The notes beneath the pieces were generated by a model, which was not told the DNA's origin, made no database searches, and saw nothing but the letters and a program-made list of their open reading frames with translations. 64,000 bases of DNA, from positions 1,116,001 through 1,180,000 of the forward strand of contig CBFFSA010000002.1 in NCBI GenBank assembly GCA_965644495.1, given 5' to 3'. The translations under genes and the position numbers were made by a program. This stretch comes from Perkinsela sp. CCAP 1560/9 (lineage: Eukaryota > Protista > Euglenozoa: Kinetoplastea). Below, piece after piece: positions 8,064 to 18,124 of this stretch (positions are counted from its first letter, which is position 1; each line of letters opens with the position of its first letter).

Positions 8064-10937
8064 TCATTCCTTACCCCCTCCCCCCCTTTCCCCTCCCCTC
8101 TCCTCCCCCTCCCTCCCCCCCACCATCTCCCACACCACCAGCACCGCCAACGCGATCCCCGGCCCGACCACCACCCCTTTCAACCCAAACGTCGTCACCC
8201 CTAGTACCATCGCGAGACCCACCAACGGGGAGGACAACCCTGGCACCCGCAACAGGGTGTCCTCCCCCCCCCGCGCCCCCACCCCCACCACCCACACCAG
8301 CGCGACCATCCCGGCCACGCTCACGGGGGTAGTACCACTACTACCACTACTACCCCTACGACTACCACTACTACTGTTGTAGTCGTAGGGGTAGGGGTAG
8401 TGGTAGTAGTGGTAGTAGGCCCGGAGCGCTGCGGGGAGCACCGCGACGGAGTACTTGGGGATGTAGGGGAAGAGCCCTGTGGCGGCTCCGAGGGTTGCGG
8501 CGAGGGCGGGGTAGGGGAAGGCGAGGAGGGCGAGGGTGAGGTAGGTGACGGCGCCGTGGAAGAGGGTGAGGTGGAGGAGGGAGAGGGTGAGGGACTGGAG
8601 GCGGGAGGTGAGGGCGGCGTCGAAGGTGGTGGCGAAGGTGGTGGAGGGGGAGGGAGGGGGGAGGGGGGGGTCGTGGAGGGGGTGGGGACGGGGACGGGGG
8701 GGTGGGGGGGGTTTGTTGTTGGGGTTGGGGGTTGGATGGGTAGTCGGGTTGTGGGTTGGATGGGTATTCGGGTTGTTACTTGGATGGGTATTCGGGTTGT
8801 TGTTTGGATGGGTATTCGGGTTGTTGTTTAGGTTGTTATTGGTGTTGTGATTGGAGCTGTTCTTGAGGGTGGATGGGGAGGAGAAACTGGATTGTGGGTT
8901 TTGGGGGGTCGTACGGTTTTTGGGGGGAGGGAGGGTTGGAGCTGGAGGAGGTCGTAATAGGCTTTGGGTTTTGGGGGGAGTGGTTTTGGAGGGTAGTGGA
9001 GTGGGGGGTTGTGGATGGAGGGGAATACTGGAGGCACGGATTGCGTGCCGTGGGAGGTATCCGGGGGCGGTGCCACCTCGGCCCAGTGAAATGGGGACGG
9101 TGTGTTTCGTTTTTGCGCCCGCGGGTTTCTTGGTATGCTCCGCTGAAAAACCCGGGCGACGTGGTGAGGGGGAGCGTGAGATAGCGATGTCGGGGTGTGC
9201 CTCCGTTTGTTCTTCACACGGATAGCTCTCCGGAACCACCCCACCCCGTCGGTACCCCTCACCCGATGCAGCCACCGACCGACTGCCTCCTCCCCCCCCC
9301 TGTAGCATACGATGTCCCTTTAGCACGAGGTAGTACACTAGAGTGTGGGGCTGACGGTGTAAAAAAGTCCATAGCAAAAAGAACAACACCACCTCGTAGG
9401 CCATCGAGAATGATCCGAGGATCAGACCCGCACACAGTGCCGCACTGGAGGCTAACCCCGTAAAAAGAGAAGCCCCCCCGGACTGGGCCACACTCAGCAT
9501 AGAGTCCACCGGGAGGCGCGCCGGTAGGGCATGTGTGAGGTTGTGGTAGAGTTGGGAGAGCGCCGCGAGACGCTCCTGGCTGATCCACGACCCCGAAGAA
9601 GAGAATTGTGGGGATGAAAAGCCGAAGTTCCCGTCCCAGTAGGGCGCCAGGTGTGACACAAGGGTGTGGTACACTGTCGTGAGGTAGGAGTGGGTCTCTG
9701 TGGTGTTGTACGCGGATGCAACCGGGAGCACAGCAGTTTCGTTTCCTTGCTGCAGCAGAGACGGAAGGGCTGAGAGTGTAGCACTCAGGTTGCTGTGAGA
9801 CGAAGCCGGCTGGGTGCCATTGTGCCAAAACGTTTGAAGCGCCTCCTCCAATTGACGTGCGTGGCGTACCAGGTCGTATTGCTGAATCCACTTCTCGAGC
9901 TGGTCCTTGGCGTGTGGAAGGAGTGCAGAGCCGTAAAAGCTGACGTGGGGTTCGACCAATTGATTCAGCGTGGAGGCATGGGCACGAAAGCTCTCAAGCA
10001 GACTTAAAATTTCGCGCGTCGCACCGTCGAGAACGCACACGCAAGTCGCACCCAGCAGAATGATACAAAGCAACGCTCGTAGACGCCGCGCAAGAGACGA
10101 CAGCGTCAATGCAAAGTCGCGATATTGCTCCGGACTCGCGGTGAGAACAGTATGTCCGAACGTTTTCTTGCGTTGAACGTAGAAGAGAAATTGCGGCAGA
10201 AAGGATCTCAGGCGCACCAAAGGGGAACGATGTGAAGAAGGGATGTAGCACCAAATCCACAATGGGCCCGATAATGACAAAAGAAAGAGTAAAGCCAAAA
10301 AAGAACGCCCGAAAATGGAGCCTAGGACAACGCAGTATGAGAGTACCCCGAGAGTATCCAGCGTGTGCCGACCAATCAGGTGTTCCAGTGCTCCAGTAAT
10401 TGTGGAACCCAGAAAAGCATGAAGCAGAGCACGGATTCCAAGCACCTTTGCACTTCCAGACAGCACTAATTCTAACGTTATCCTCCAGCTCCGTATAACT
10501 GTGCTGAAGGGAAAGACAGAGGAGTTGTCCAAAACACGCCGTGCTTGAAGTTGCGAATGTAGACTGCGCACTTCCCCTTGCTTGTGGGAGGGGTGAAAAA
10601 CGACGCTTAAGGCGACGGCCCACAAGATAGTGTCCCAATAGGGACCCAACAAGGTCCAGAGAAAAACCAAGGCGAGAAGAATAGTAGAGGTGAGAAGAAG
10701 GGCCAAAACTACAGTCCACAAGAGTGTGGTGGGATTCAGTACATGAGAAGTCGGACGAGAACCGTTTGTTTGAAATGAAGAAGGTATAGCGTACGTCAAA
10801 GGAGAGGACCAATCAGGAGGAGGAAAGGGAGCTGACAGAAGGGATGGGGTGGCGCTGGTACGATAATGGGGAGAATGTGTGCGTGAGGGCCTTAAAGGCG
10901 GATCGAAATCATAGAGAGAATCAGAAGGATCTTCCAT
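8064..10937 (-). CDS. TMEM245-like / AI-2E-family multi-pass membrane protein
   Basis: 957-aa ORF with many TM segments, N-terminal PYWDTILWAVALSVVFHP and C-terminal PLVGLAMVLGVTTFGLKGVVVGP. It contains an NNNPNTHP low-complexity insert. Confidence 0.7.
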   Translation of the reverse strand: MEDPSDSLYDFDPPLRPSRTHSPHYRTSATPSLLSAPFPPPDWSSPLTYAIPSSFQTNGSRPTSHVLNPTTLLWTVVLALLLTSTILLALVFLWTLLGPYWDTILWAVALSVVFHPSHKQGEVRSLHSQLQARRVLDNSSVFPFSTVIRSWRITLELVLSGSAKVLGIRALLHAFLGSTITGALEHLIGRHTLDTLGVLSYCVVLGSIFGRSFLALLFLLSLSGPLWIWCYIPSSHRSPLVRLRSFLPQFLFYVQRKKTFGHTVLTASPEQYRDFALTLSSLARRLRALLCIILLGATCVCVLDGATREILSLLESFRAHASTLNQLVEPHVSFYGSALLPHAKDQLEKWIQQYDLVRHARQLEEALQTFWHNGTQPASSHSNLSATLSALPSLLQQGNETAVLPVASAYNTTETHSYLTTVYHTLVSHLAPYWDGNFGFSSPQFSSSGSWISQERLAALSQLYHNLTHALPARLPVDSMLSVAQSGGASLFTGLASSAALCAGLILGSFSMAYEVVLFFLLWTFLHRQPHTLVYYLVLKGHRMLQGGGGGSRSVAASGEGYRRGGVVPESYPCEEQTEAHPDIAISRSPSPRRPGFSAEHTKKPAGAKTKHTVPISLGRGGTAPGYLPRHAIRASSIPLHPQPPTPLPSKTTPPKTQSLLRPPPAPTLPPPKNRTTPQNPQSSFSSPSTLKNSSNHNTNNNLNNNPNTHPNNNPNTHPSNNPNTHPTHNPTTHPTPNPNNKPPPPPRPRPHPLHDPPLPPPSPSTTFATTFDAALTSRLQSLTLSLLHLTLFHGAVTYLTLALLAFPYPALAATLGAATGLFPYIPKYSVAVLPAALRAYYHYYHYPYPYDYNSSSGSRRGSSGSSGTTPVSVAGMVALVWVVGVGARGGEDTLLRVPGLSSPLVGLAMVLGVTTFGLKGVVVGPGIALAVLVVWEMVGGREGEERGGERGGGGKE

Positions 10938-11264
10938 GCCAGATTTTAAAGTAGAAGTACAGAAAAGAAATAAAAAAAGTACACGTTTGTAGATAATGCG
11001 GAAATAGAGACTTACTAATTATCAGCCGTACAAGCCCCGGAAGCATCGTGCCCCCTGTACTACTCTCCTTTTCATAAGGAACCCTTAAAGAACCGTCGAC
11101 ACATCGATTCGGGGGAAAAGCATCAGGGGTGAGGTTGGGGGTCTGCCGGAGTACGCTTAAAAGGAGGGGGTGCGGTACTGTCCCCGCAAACACACGTATC
11201 GCGGGAACGATAAAGTAAGGGAAGGTAAACTAGGGGAAAAATCGTAGTTGATCGTTTATTTCAG

Positions 11265-11303
11265 TAATCGAGGGTAGAGCGGCAGTTGTGCGACCATCGC
11301 AAT
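11265..11303 (+). repeat. Solo tail hairpin of the dispersed repeat family
   Basis: TAATCGAGGGTAGAGCGGCAGTTGTGCGACCATCGCAAT is a diverged copy of the tail motif. Confidence 0.7.
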
Positions 11304-11636
11304 AAATCACTAAACTCCAGCTTTAAAAAACGATACACTTTCATCAAAACAGTACAAACCCTCATCAAAATGTTGCAAGCTAAAGTACGCATAAAATTTT
11401 AGCACACTTCACGTTTTCCAATTTTTTCCAATTTAGTTCAAAAGGACATATCGGAAAAAATCTTTACATTTCTGTTACAGAAAACATTGATACATCTACA
11501 GAATTTCTGTACATGAAGCCGAAACTTACATTGAAAACATTCTTTAAACATTTTAACGATAGTTAAAAGATTGTTAAAATCGTAAGGGAAATAAAACTTT
11601 GTACATCTAGATTGTCTTTTATTTCTCTTCTGACAA

Positions 11637-12221
11637 TTACTTCACTACTATTTTTGTGTCAAACCAGTCTCGAAGACGCAAAGTATTAGGCAATTTTTGC
11701 ATATCGATGACGCCACCCAAATCCCTGTTTCTCGATAAAAACATGCTCCGCAGATTGTCGGGAATATAATCAAAGCACAGGTCTCCTGAAAAAAAGTTGT
11801 CTGGAACCCAAAATTCGCGCAGTGTATGCGGAAGACTTCGAAGTTCAATAGAGCCTTCAAAAGCATTGTTTGTCAAACGAAGGACTTCTAATTGGGGAGG
11901 AATATAGCTCCAATTTACGCTACCCGACAACATGTTTCGGCAAAGCGAAAGATAAGTCAGGGATTGGGGGATGTATTCCCATTGAAGAGTACCCGAAAGA
12001 TGCATATTTTCCCATGAAATACCACGAATCGTGCCTTGCGCATCGCATTCCACACCTACCCACTTATTAGCCGAGTTTTCTGCTTTCCAGGAGCTGTGAT
12101 GATATTTTACGCAAGCGATAAATCGAATAAGTTCATATTCTTGTGGCATTGAAGTACCTCTAACTTTTTTTGCTTGGGAGGCCTTCGGCGCGTCGCGGTA
12201 CTGTAAAGGTATGAGAAACAT
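11637..12221 (-). CDS. Leucine-rich repeat protein
   Basis: KVRGTSMPQEYELIRF, a WVGVEC cap and LPxxLxxLxLxxN repeats. Confidence 0.85.
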   Translation of the reverse strand: MFLIPLQYRDAPKASQAKKVRGTSMPQEYELIRFIACVKYHHSSWKAENSANKWVGVECDAQGTIRGISWENMHLSGTLQWEYIPQSLTYLSLCRNMLSGSVNWSYIPPQLEVLRLTNNAFEGSIELRSLPHTLREFWVPDNFFSGDLCFDYIPDNLRSMFLSRNRDLGGVIDMQKLPNTLRLRDWFDTKIVVK

Positions 12222-12326
12222 GATCGAGATTAAATAAGAAAACTGTGAACTCCGATGTGCAATTTAAATATTGTCCAATGTGTTATTTAAATTCTATCCC
12301 GTACTAAACCCATCGCAAAAAAATCT

Positions 12327-12488
12327 GAGGGGCTACGGGTGAGGCCCAAAGTGAGATCACGGGGGATCTCTTGGGAGCGAATTTGGCTCGGGAGGATGGT
12401 TGGTCGACGTCAAAACGAGATCACGTGAGCTCACGCGAGGTCACGTGAGATTACACGAGACCACGCGAGACCGTACCCGCATCCACCC
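12327..12488. mobile_element. Sola-like MITE, second copy (4-bp TSD ATCT)
   Basis: Starts GAGGGGCTACGGGTGAGG and contains GAGATCACG tandem repeats. ATCT occurs at 12323-12326 and 12489-12492. Confidence 0.6.
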
Positions 12489-12769
12489 ATCTAAATAAAG
12501 TTTTGGTGTATTTGCACCAGGAATATTTGTACTAGAAAGCAAAAGAAAAATTGTGTGTACGAAAAACACTACGTTTACCCCTTTAATCCCCCCCCCCCCT
12601 TTGCGTAACCTCTCATACGCCCGCTTGTTTGTTTCTTAAAAAGTCCTGAATGATATACAACGGCCCTTTGTTGATAAGATGTTGCTAAAAGTGTAACCTA
12701 GGACCCTTGTCCGAAGTCAAGACCAAAAGTTTCGCACGTGTTCTGGAAAAACGAAAATTGCGAAAATAA

Positions 12770-13444
12770 TTATTGAAAAAGAAATGAAAGAGTGAGTAGT
12801 CCAATTATCGTAGCGAATCCAAGATAATGTCGCGGTTCACTAGCTTCTTCCATATGATCATGCACGACAAAAGGCCAAGCAGACTCCGACGCATCTTCAG
12901 GAAATATGAAAACTTTATTTCCTCGCAAATCAACCCGGATAAAGGCGGAAAGAAAAGAAACATCAACAACACCAACGAAATAGTTCTGGTTTAGGAGAAG
13001 TCTCGACAAATTTCCTGGCAAGGTAGTCAGATCAAGTGTTCCTTTAAGAAAATTGTCCGAGACCGAAAGGTAGTTGAGGTTGGAGGGTAGCGAAGTAAGA
13101 TCAAGTTCGGATGTAAACTCATTATGTCGAAGTTCTATTTCCAGGAGTTGGTTCCCCACCTCTATTAAAGACACCTCTCCTTGAAGCTTGTTGTTAGAAA
13201 CATCTATGCGGTACACCTCAACAGGGAGAAAACGCCACGTGAGATTACCTCTCAAGTGCATCATCCCCCAGTCGAGTCGAACGAGCGGTACATCCCAAGG
13301 TGCAGGCCGCACTTTATCCCACTTTGACAATGGAGTCAATGCATTCCAGGATTGTTCGGTGTGGTGTACATTTTGCAAGAAGGAAACCAAACGAACTTCT
13401 GGGGGATGAAAACAGGATCGCGCCTTAGCAAGTCGAGACATCAA
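12770..13444 (-). CDS. Leucine-rich repeat protein with a C-terminal hydrophobic anchor
   Basis: LRR repeats ending in YLGFATIIGLLTLSFLFQ. Confidence 0.8.
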   Translation of the reverse strand: MMSRLAKARSCFHPPEVRLVSFLQNVHHTEQSWNALTPLSKWDKVRPAPWDVPLVRLDWGMMHLRGNLTWRFLPVEVYRIDVSNNKLQGEVSLIEVGNQLLEIELRHNEFTSELDLTSLPSNLNYLSVSDNFLKGTLDLTTLPGNLSRLLLNQNYFVGVVDVSFLSAFIRVDLRGNKVFIFPEDASESAWPFVVHDHMEEASEPRHYLGFATIIGLLTLSFLFQ

Positions 13445-14682
13445 AAATGAGATAAAATCAAATAATAAAAACTCCTGACCCGGAAATAATCATAATGAAT
13501 TACTGTACCCCCCTGGTTACCTGTCACTACGTGAGGGGTGGAAAATTCAAATGGCCTTATTCGCCAATATCACAAGACGAGTGAGTCGTTTGAGATGCTG
13601 AGCCTCAAAGAGGTGAACAAGACATCCAGGAAGTTGAGCAACGTCCTAGAAAGGTTTTGCGGTGCGAATATCCTAAGAATTTTGATAGCCTACTCACCAA
13701 GGCTTGACGTGTGAAGTTTTGTATTGCAAAAAGGGGAGTTGTTGTAAGTAAGAGGGGTGACTCCGGGTGGATATGCCTAGGATCTTTCGTCAAAATTTTC
13801 CTCCTTAGTTCCTTAATATTTTTTGCTTCAATGGGAAGATACAGAAATCATGTTACTGGAATTGTTATTCTGCTGGACTTAAACGAGGGTTTCGGCATGT
13901 AATACAAGTTAATAATACATTGTGCTTGGAAAAGCGTCTAACAATCAATAATACTCGACATTTTACTAACTAAATTCTTCTTTTTGCCGTATTTCTTTGC
14001 CTTCCATGGACTTACCTCCGCCTGATGAATCGGATGATCCATACATGGATCCAACATCAGACCTGTATGAACGCCTGCGTAAGTGGGTTGTGCACGGCAT
14101 TAAACGTGTGCTGAAGCGCCCATGTACGATTTCTCTTAAGGTCTCGCTAGAGAAGTTTAATTCCCACCCTCCAAAAGAAATTAGGGATCGTTTGGAAGAG
14201 GGAGTAATGACGCTCTGTGTGTCATGGGTGACAAAACGAAAGTCGCTATTGGAAAATCTATCAATGGTGTTCCCGCCTATCAGTGGTGTTTCCCGGGTAT
14301 TGTGCGAAGTTCCTTTGGACTACACGGTTCTTATAGAAGCGTGAGTCCTGATTGCGAAGAATCGTGAAAAAGGGCTTTCGTTTTTCAATGTTTCGAATCG
14401 TGCAGAGCTTCAAGGTGTGAAGGAAAGTGAATTCCCAGAATATTGGCGATGCACCCAACGCACGATGGACAAGAATCGGAAAATGTCCTAGAAAGGGGAA
14501 AAAAGGTGCGGAAACTTATGAAAAAATGACCAGGAGTGAAATGAAATCCAAAATGAAGCAACAGAGTGAGTCACATAGACAAAAAAACAAAACGAAAAAA
14601 TGTACTAGTTTACTGCGTACTGGTTTAATCGCCGCAAGGCACGTACATTCAAGGAAAACAAATAGACACAATTAGCTACTCA

Positions 14683-15223
14683 TTTTTTAGGCTCTTCGTT
14701 AAACGCGGTGGTTGTTTTCAACATAGAAGTCACTAATGCTGCGCGCTTCGCGTTGAAAACTACCACTGCGAACCTAAAAAAGAAAAATTGGTAAAAGATC
14801 ATGAATAATCTATTTTTTTGGGTGAAAAAGCTGGATTTTTCGGCGAAAATTGCAAAATTTCAACCCGAATTTGGACCGTTTTAGATGCCTTACCAGTAGG
14901 GGTAGAAGGCGAATCTGTCGAAAAAAACGTCGCAGAATGGTAGCTGAGGTCCCAAACTCTTAAAATACGTTTTAGGAGTAGATTTTGGAAAAATAATATT
15001 TTTACTTTTTTTTGGTCACCCCAAAACTTTCGGAAATTTTGACCTTGTCGGACCCCTCCTGCGCGTACCAGGGGGGGGGGAATTATCGCCGCGGCCTACT
15101 CTACCACTTCCCTGCGCTCGATTTTGAAAAGCAAAAAATTCGAAAAAAAATTTCTTGACGTATGCCCCCCCCTGGACCCCCCATTTTATTCATTTTTTTT
15201 TTTCAATTTTGGACCACTGGAGC
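14683..15223 (+). mobile_element. Dispersed repeat copy C (3'-truncated at a retrotransposon junction)
   Basis: Partial palindromic head plus body homologous to 47627-48225. It ends at TTTTGGACCACTGGAGC. Confidence 0.8.
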
Positions 15224-16790
15224 AACAGCACTTTCGAGATTGGGGCTGACACTGAACATTGGGAAATGCAGAGTTCAGCACATGTCCGTGGCAACAGGCA
15301 GTGGATATATGACCAGACGCCCGCAGATTATGGCCAAAGGCACGCCTATTCCTCACATATGCGATAAAGGAAGTATGTTTTTGGGCATGACACTGGCACC
15401 CGGCGCACAACAAGGCAAAATTACCTTTCAAACTGTTAAGGCGAAACTATCAGGTTGGTTGAGCAGAATCTCTGAGAGCGCTCACGACCCATCCGCTAAG
15501 CTTTGGATATACAATCACGTCATCATTGCTCGCTTGCGCTATGTACTAACAATCAACCCCGGACTTTCTTTTACTCATATGCTTCGACAGCAGAAACTAG
15601 CGACCCGGCACATCCGAAAGTGGCTAAATCTCGCTAAAGCCTCAACGAGTGAGCTCCTTTACTCTGAACGTGGTTGGGCCCTCATGAGCCTGTCCAAATT
15701 GTGGCTACACTGCACAGCCCAAAACCTAAATCAAATGAATGCTTCTCGGGATCCGGCGGTGCAGCACGCATTGCGAATTAAAATTGAGAACGAGAAAAGG
15801 CAGCGTTCACGCGGGCATGTGCGCCCGGCAGCCGACCTGTGCCACCTAATAGGAGACTCTAACGAAATGCGCCGTAAAATCAATACCGAGCATGAGGCGC
15901 ATCTTACACAAGCGGTATAACGGAGAGCACCTATCGCTGCCAGATGGTTCAACGATGCATCGGAGGAAAGCGTGGCGAAAGACTTCAGGTTCGAAAAACA
16001 TCAGGTCGACGCACCTGACGCGATTTGTCTCCTCTGTCCTCACACAGGCCCCGCTACCTACCAGGGCCGCAATTCACCGCTGGGGCATATCAACCCACAC
16101 AGACATCAAATGCCCGCTATGCAAGACAGAGGTACAAACCCCAAGGCACATTCTCGCGGGATGCTGAGTTGCTCTAGATCAAGGGCGTTACACTTTCAGA
16201 CACGACTTCATCTTACGGGCCCTAGCTTACCATGTAAGCGAGTCCCCCCATACAGCTCTCTCTCATTTCGACCTACCTGGCATGCGACGCCCTCCAACGT
16301 GGCTAGCCGACAATGACGGTATGCTGCGTCCGGACGGGTGGGTAAAGCTAAGGGACGGGAAAGAGTTCATTATTGAACTAACTTGCCCATGGGAGGAGAA
16401 TATGCAGGCCGCGCACGAGCGGAAAATGCTGAAATACCACCACCTGTGGCATACGCGAAAAGAAAATCATCCCGAAACATACCTATTCGCCCTAGAGATT
16501 GGGGCTCGCGGAAGTCTCCAAGACTCGGCGAGTAAATTAGATATGCTCTTCTGCGAGGAAACAAAGCTTGCCAAGGAGTGTCGCCAACACTTGGTGACGA
16601 GAGCATTTAGGGGGAGTTTCACTATATACCAAAATCGGGACCGCGCAAACTGGAACCCCATGGATGTTTGTATTTCGGATGAGTAAACAGGAATAGCCAA
16701 ACACGTCGTATGCTTGTACGGGATCATATGTTATGTGATCCCAAGCTATTTGACTTAATCTCTACAGTATAACTGTATGAATCCTCCTCC
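15224..16790 (+). mobile_element. 5'-truncated, decayed HERO-like RLE retrotransposon, family 2
   Basis: Protein is colinear with family 1 (KLWIYN, YSERGW, CPLC...HILAGC, GRYTFRHD, RPDGW, IIELTCPWEEN) but has stops and a frameshift. Its 3' UTR matches 42400-42570. Confidence 0.88.
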
Positions 16791-17058
16791 TTAGAGAGGG
16801 ATCGCTTTTGCGGCATAATAGTGAGCTGAAAAACAAAAAAAAACACGGAAAAAACTGCAAAAATTGAAAAATCTGCAACTTTTAGGTGGGTAAAAAACCT
16901 TTAAAAAAATATCTTTTTCAAATTTGTTTTCTTTTAACGTGATAATAGCGCCAAAACATAGATCTCTGCGAGAGCTCTCGAATGCGCTATTATTTTCCAA
17001 AATTGCGCAAACATTGCTAATTTTAGACCCCCCCCCCAGCATCTGATTTGCACCCCTG
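16791..17058 (-). mobile_element. Probable Tc1/mariner-type terminus (TA-CAGGGGTG...) truncating the IS30-like ORF
   Basis: The minus strand reads TACAGGGGTGCAAATCAGATG from 17060. No partner TIR was found. Confidence 0.35.
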
Positions 17059-17060
17059 TA

Positions 17061-17394
17061 TGGTAGAAGTCGAGGCGGTACGACAGCTACGGATCGTATT
17101 TGCAATCTGTTCCGGGCTGTGCTTCTTTTGAAGTCGAGAGCTGACTTCCTCTTCCAAAAGGCCTTGTATCTTGTGAGGCTTGACCTTTTTACACGAGAGG
17201 CGTCTTTTCGAAATGCGCTGTGCCCTCTTCCCCTCATAGCGCTGACCCCTTCTTGCATTACGCGCCAACTCGCGACAAACAGTGCTGTGACTTTTGCCAA
17301 TTATGCGAGCTATGATTCGCCGACTCTCGCCAGATGTAAAGAGTGATTGAATACGATTACGATCGTAATGACTGAGTCTTGAATAATGGCGCAT
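17061..17394 (-). mobile_element. IS30-family transposase N-terminal HTH fragment
   Basis: YSRLSHYDRNRIQSL...GESRRIIARIIGKSHSTVCRELARN...Y...AQ...L...HSPEQIA follows the IS30 HTH pattern (RELxRN, WSPEQI). IR-like motifs GGTGCAYTGGAAATGA occur at 17449 and 17488. Confidence 0.75.
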
Positions 17395-17669
17395 TTGTAG
17401 TATAGATCCGAAGGATAATATAAAATAATACTTCTTTAAATAATTGATGGTGCATTGGAAATGAGAATACAGTTTTTAAGAAAAAGTGGTGCACTGGAAA
17501 TGACAAGAAAATTATTTTTTAGGAAAAAAAGTGGTGCGTTGGTTTTGATGTTCATGCGCTCGTTGGCGCAGAGATACAGCCCTTGATGCGACAGCCGATA
17601 TCATCGGCACAATCCGTATTGACGGATGTCGCACCAAGGGGGTTTAGCTCGGACTCTGTCGGTAGAGGG

Positions 17670-17798
17670 GGTCCAGGCAACTCGCCCTCTCTTTACGCAG
17701 CCGGAGGGGCGCACTGCAACCAACTCGGTCCCAGTCGGAAGAGGTGGTCCAGGCAACTCACCATCTCTTTACGCAGCCGGAGGGGCGCACTGCAACCG
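17670..17798 (-). repeat. Two-copy tandem repeat (about 76-bp period) in the SL spacer
   Basis: GGTCCAGGCAACTC...TCTTTACGCAGCCGGAGGGGCGCACTGCAACC is present twice. Confidence 0.8.
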
Positions 17799-17965
17799 AC
17801 CGCTGCCTCGCGATAAGACGAGGCAGAGCCACGCCCAGTGGTCCTCAAGGGAGGCCACCATGGCGCATGGCTCCCCGGGAAGAAAAGGGCGCGAAGGGAA
17901 GAAAGCCGGGGAGGGAAGAAAACCCACTCAAGGAGTGAGCCGGGGAGGGGTGATGGGGTGGAAGC

Positions 17966-18119
17966 GCGTCCCCTACTTCGCCGAGAAAGAGGGACAGTTT
18001 CGGCCTTAGTGCCGGCCGGCAACGGGCATATAAAACAGTAAGATTATGCCCGTTGCCGGGGAAAGAAAAGATGAACTAAAGGGAAAATGTACAACAAGGT
18101 ACAGAAACTGTATCTTTAT
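17966..18119 (-). ncRNA. SL RNA gene remnant (exon nt 12-39 plus intron) at the 3' junction of the retrotransposon
   Basis: The minus strand reads ATAAAGATACAGTTTCTGTACCTTGTTG TAC. It has a perfect 15-bp stem CCGGCAACGGGCATA/TATGCCCGTTGCCGG. Homology to 2699-2975 extends to about 17837. Confidence 0.85.
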
Positions 18120-18124
18120 CCAAT

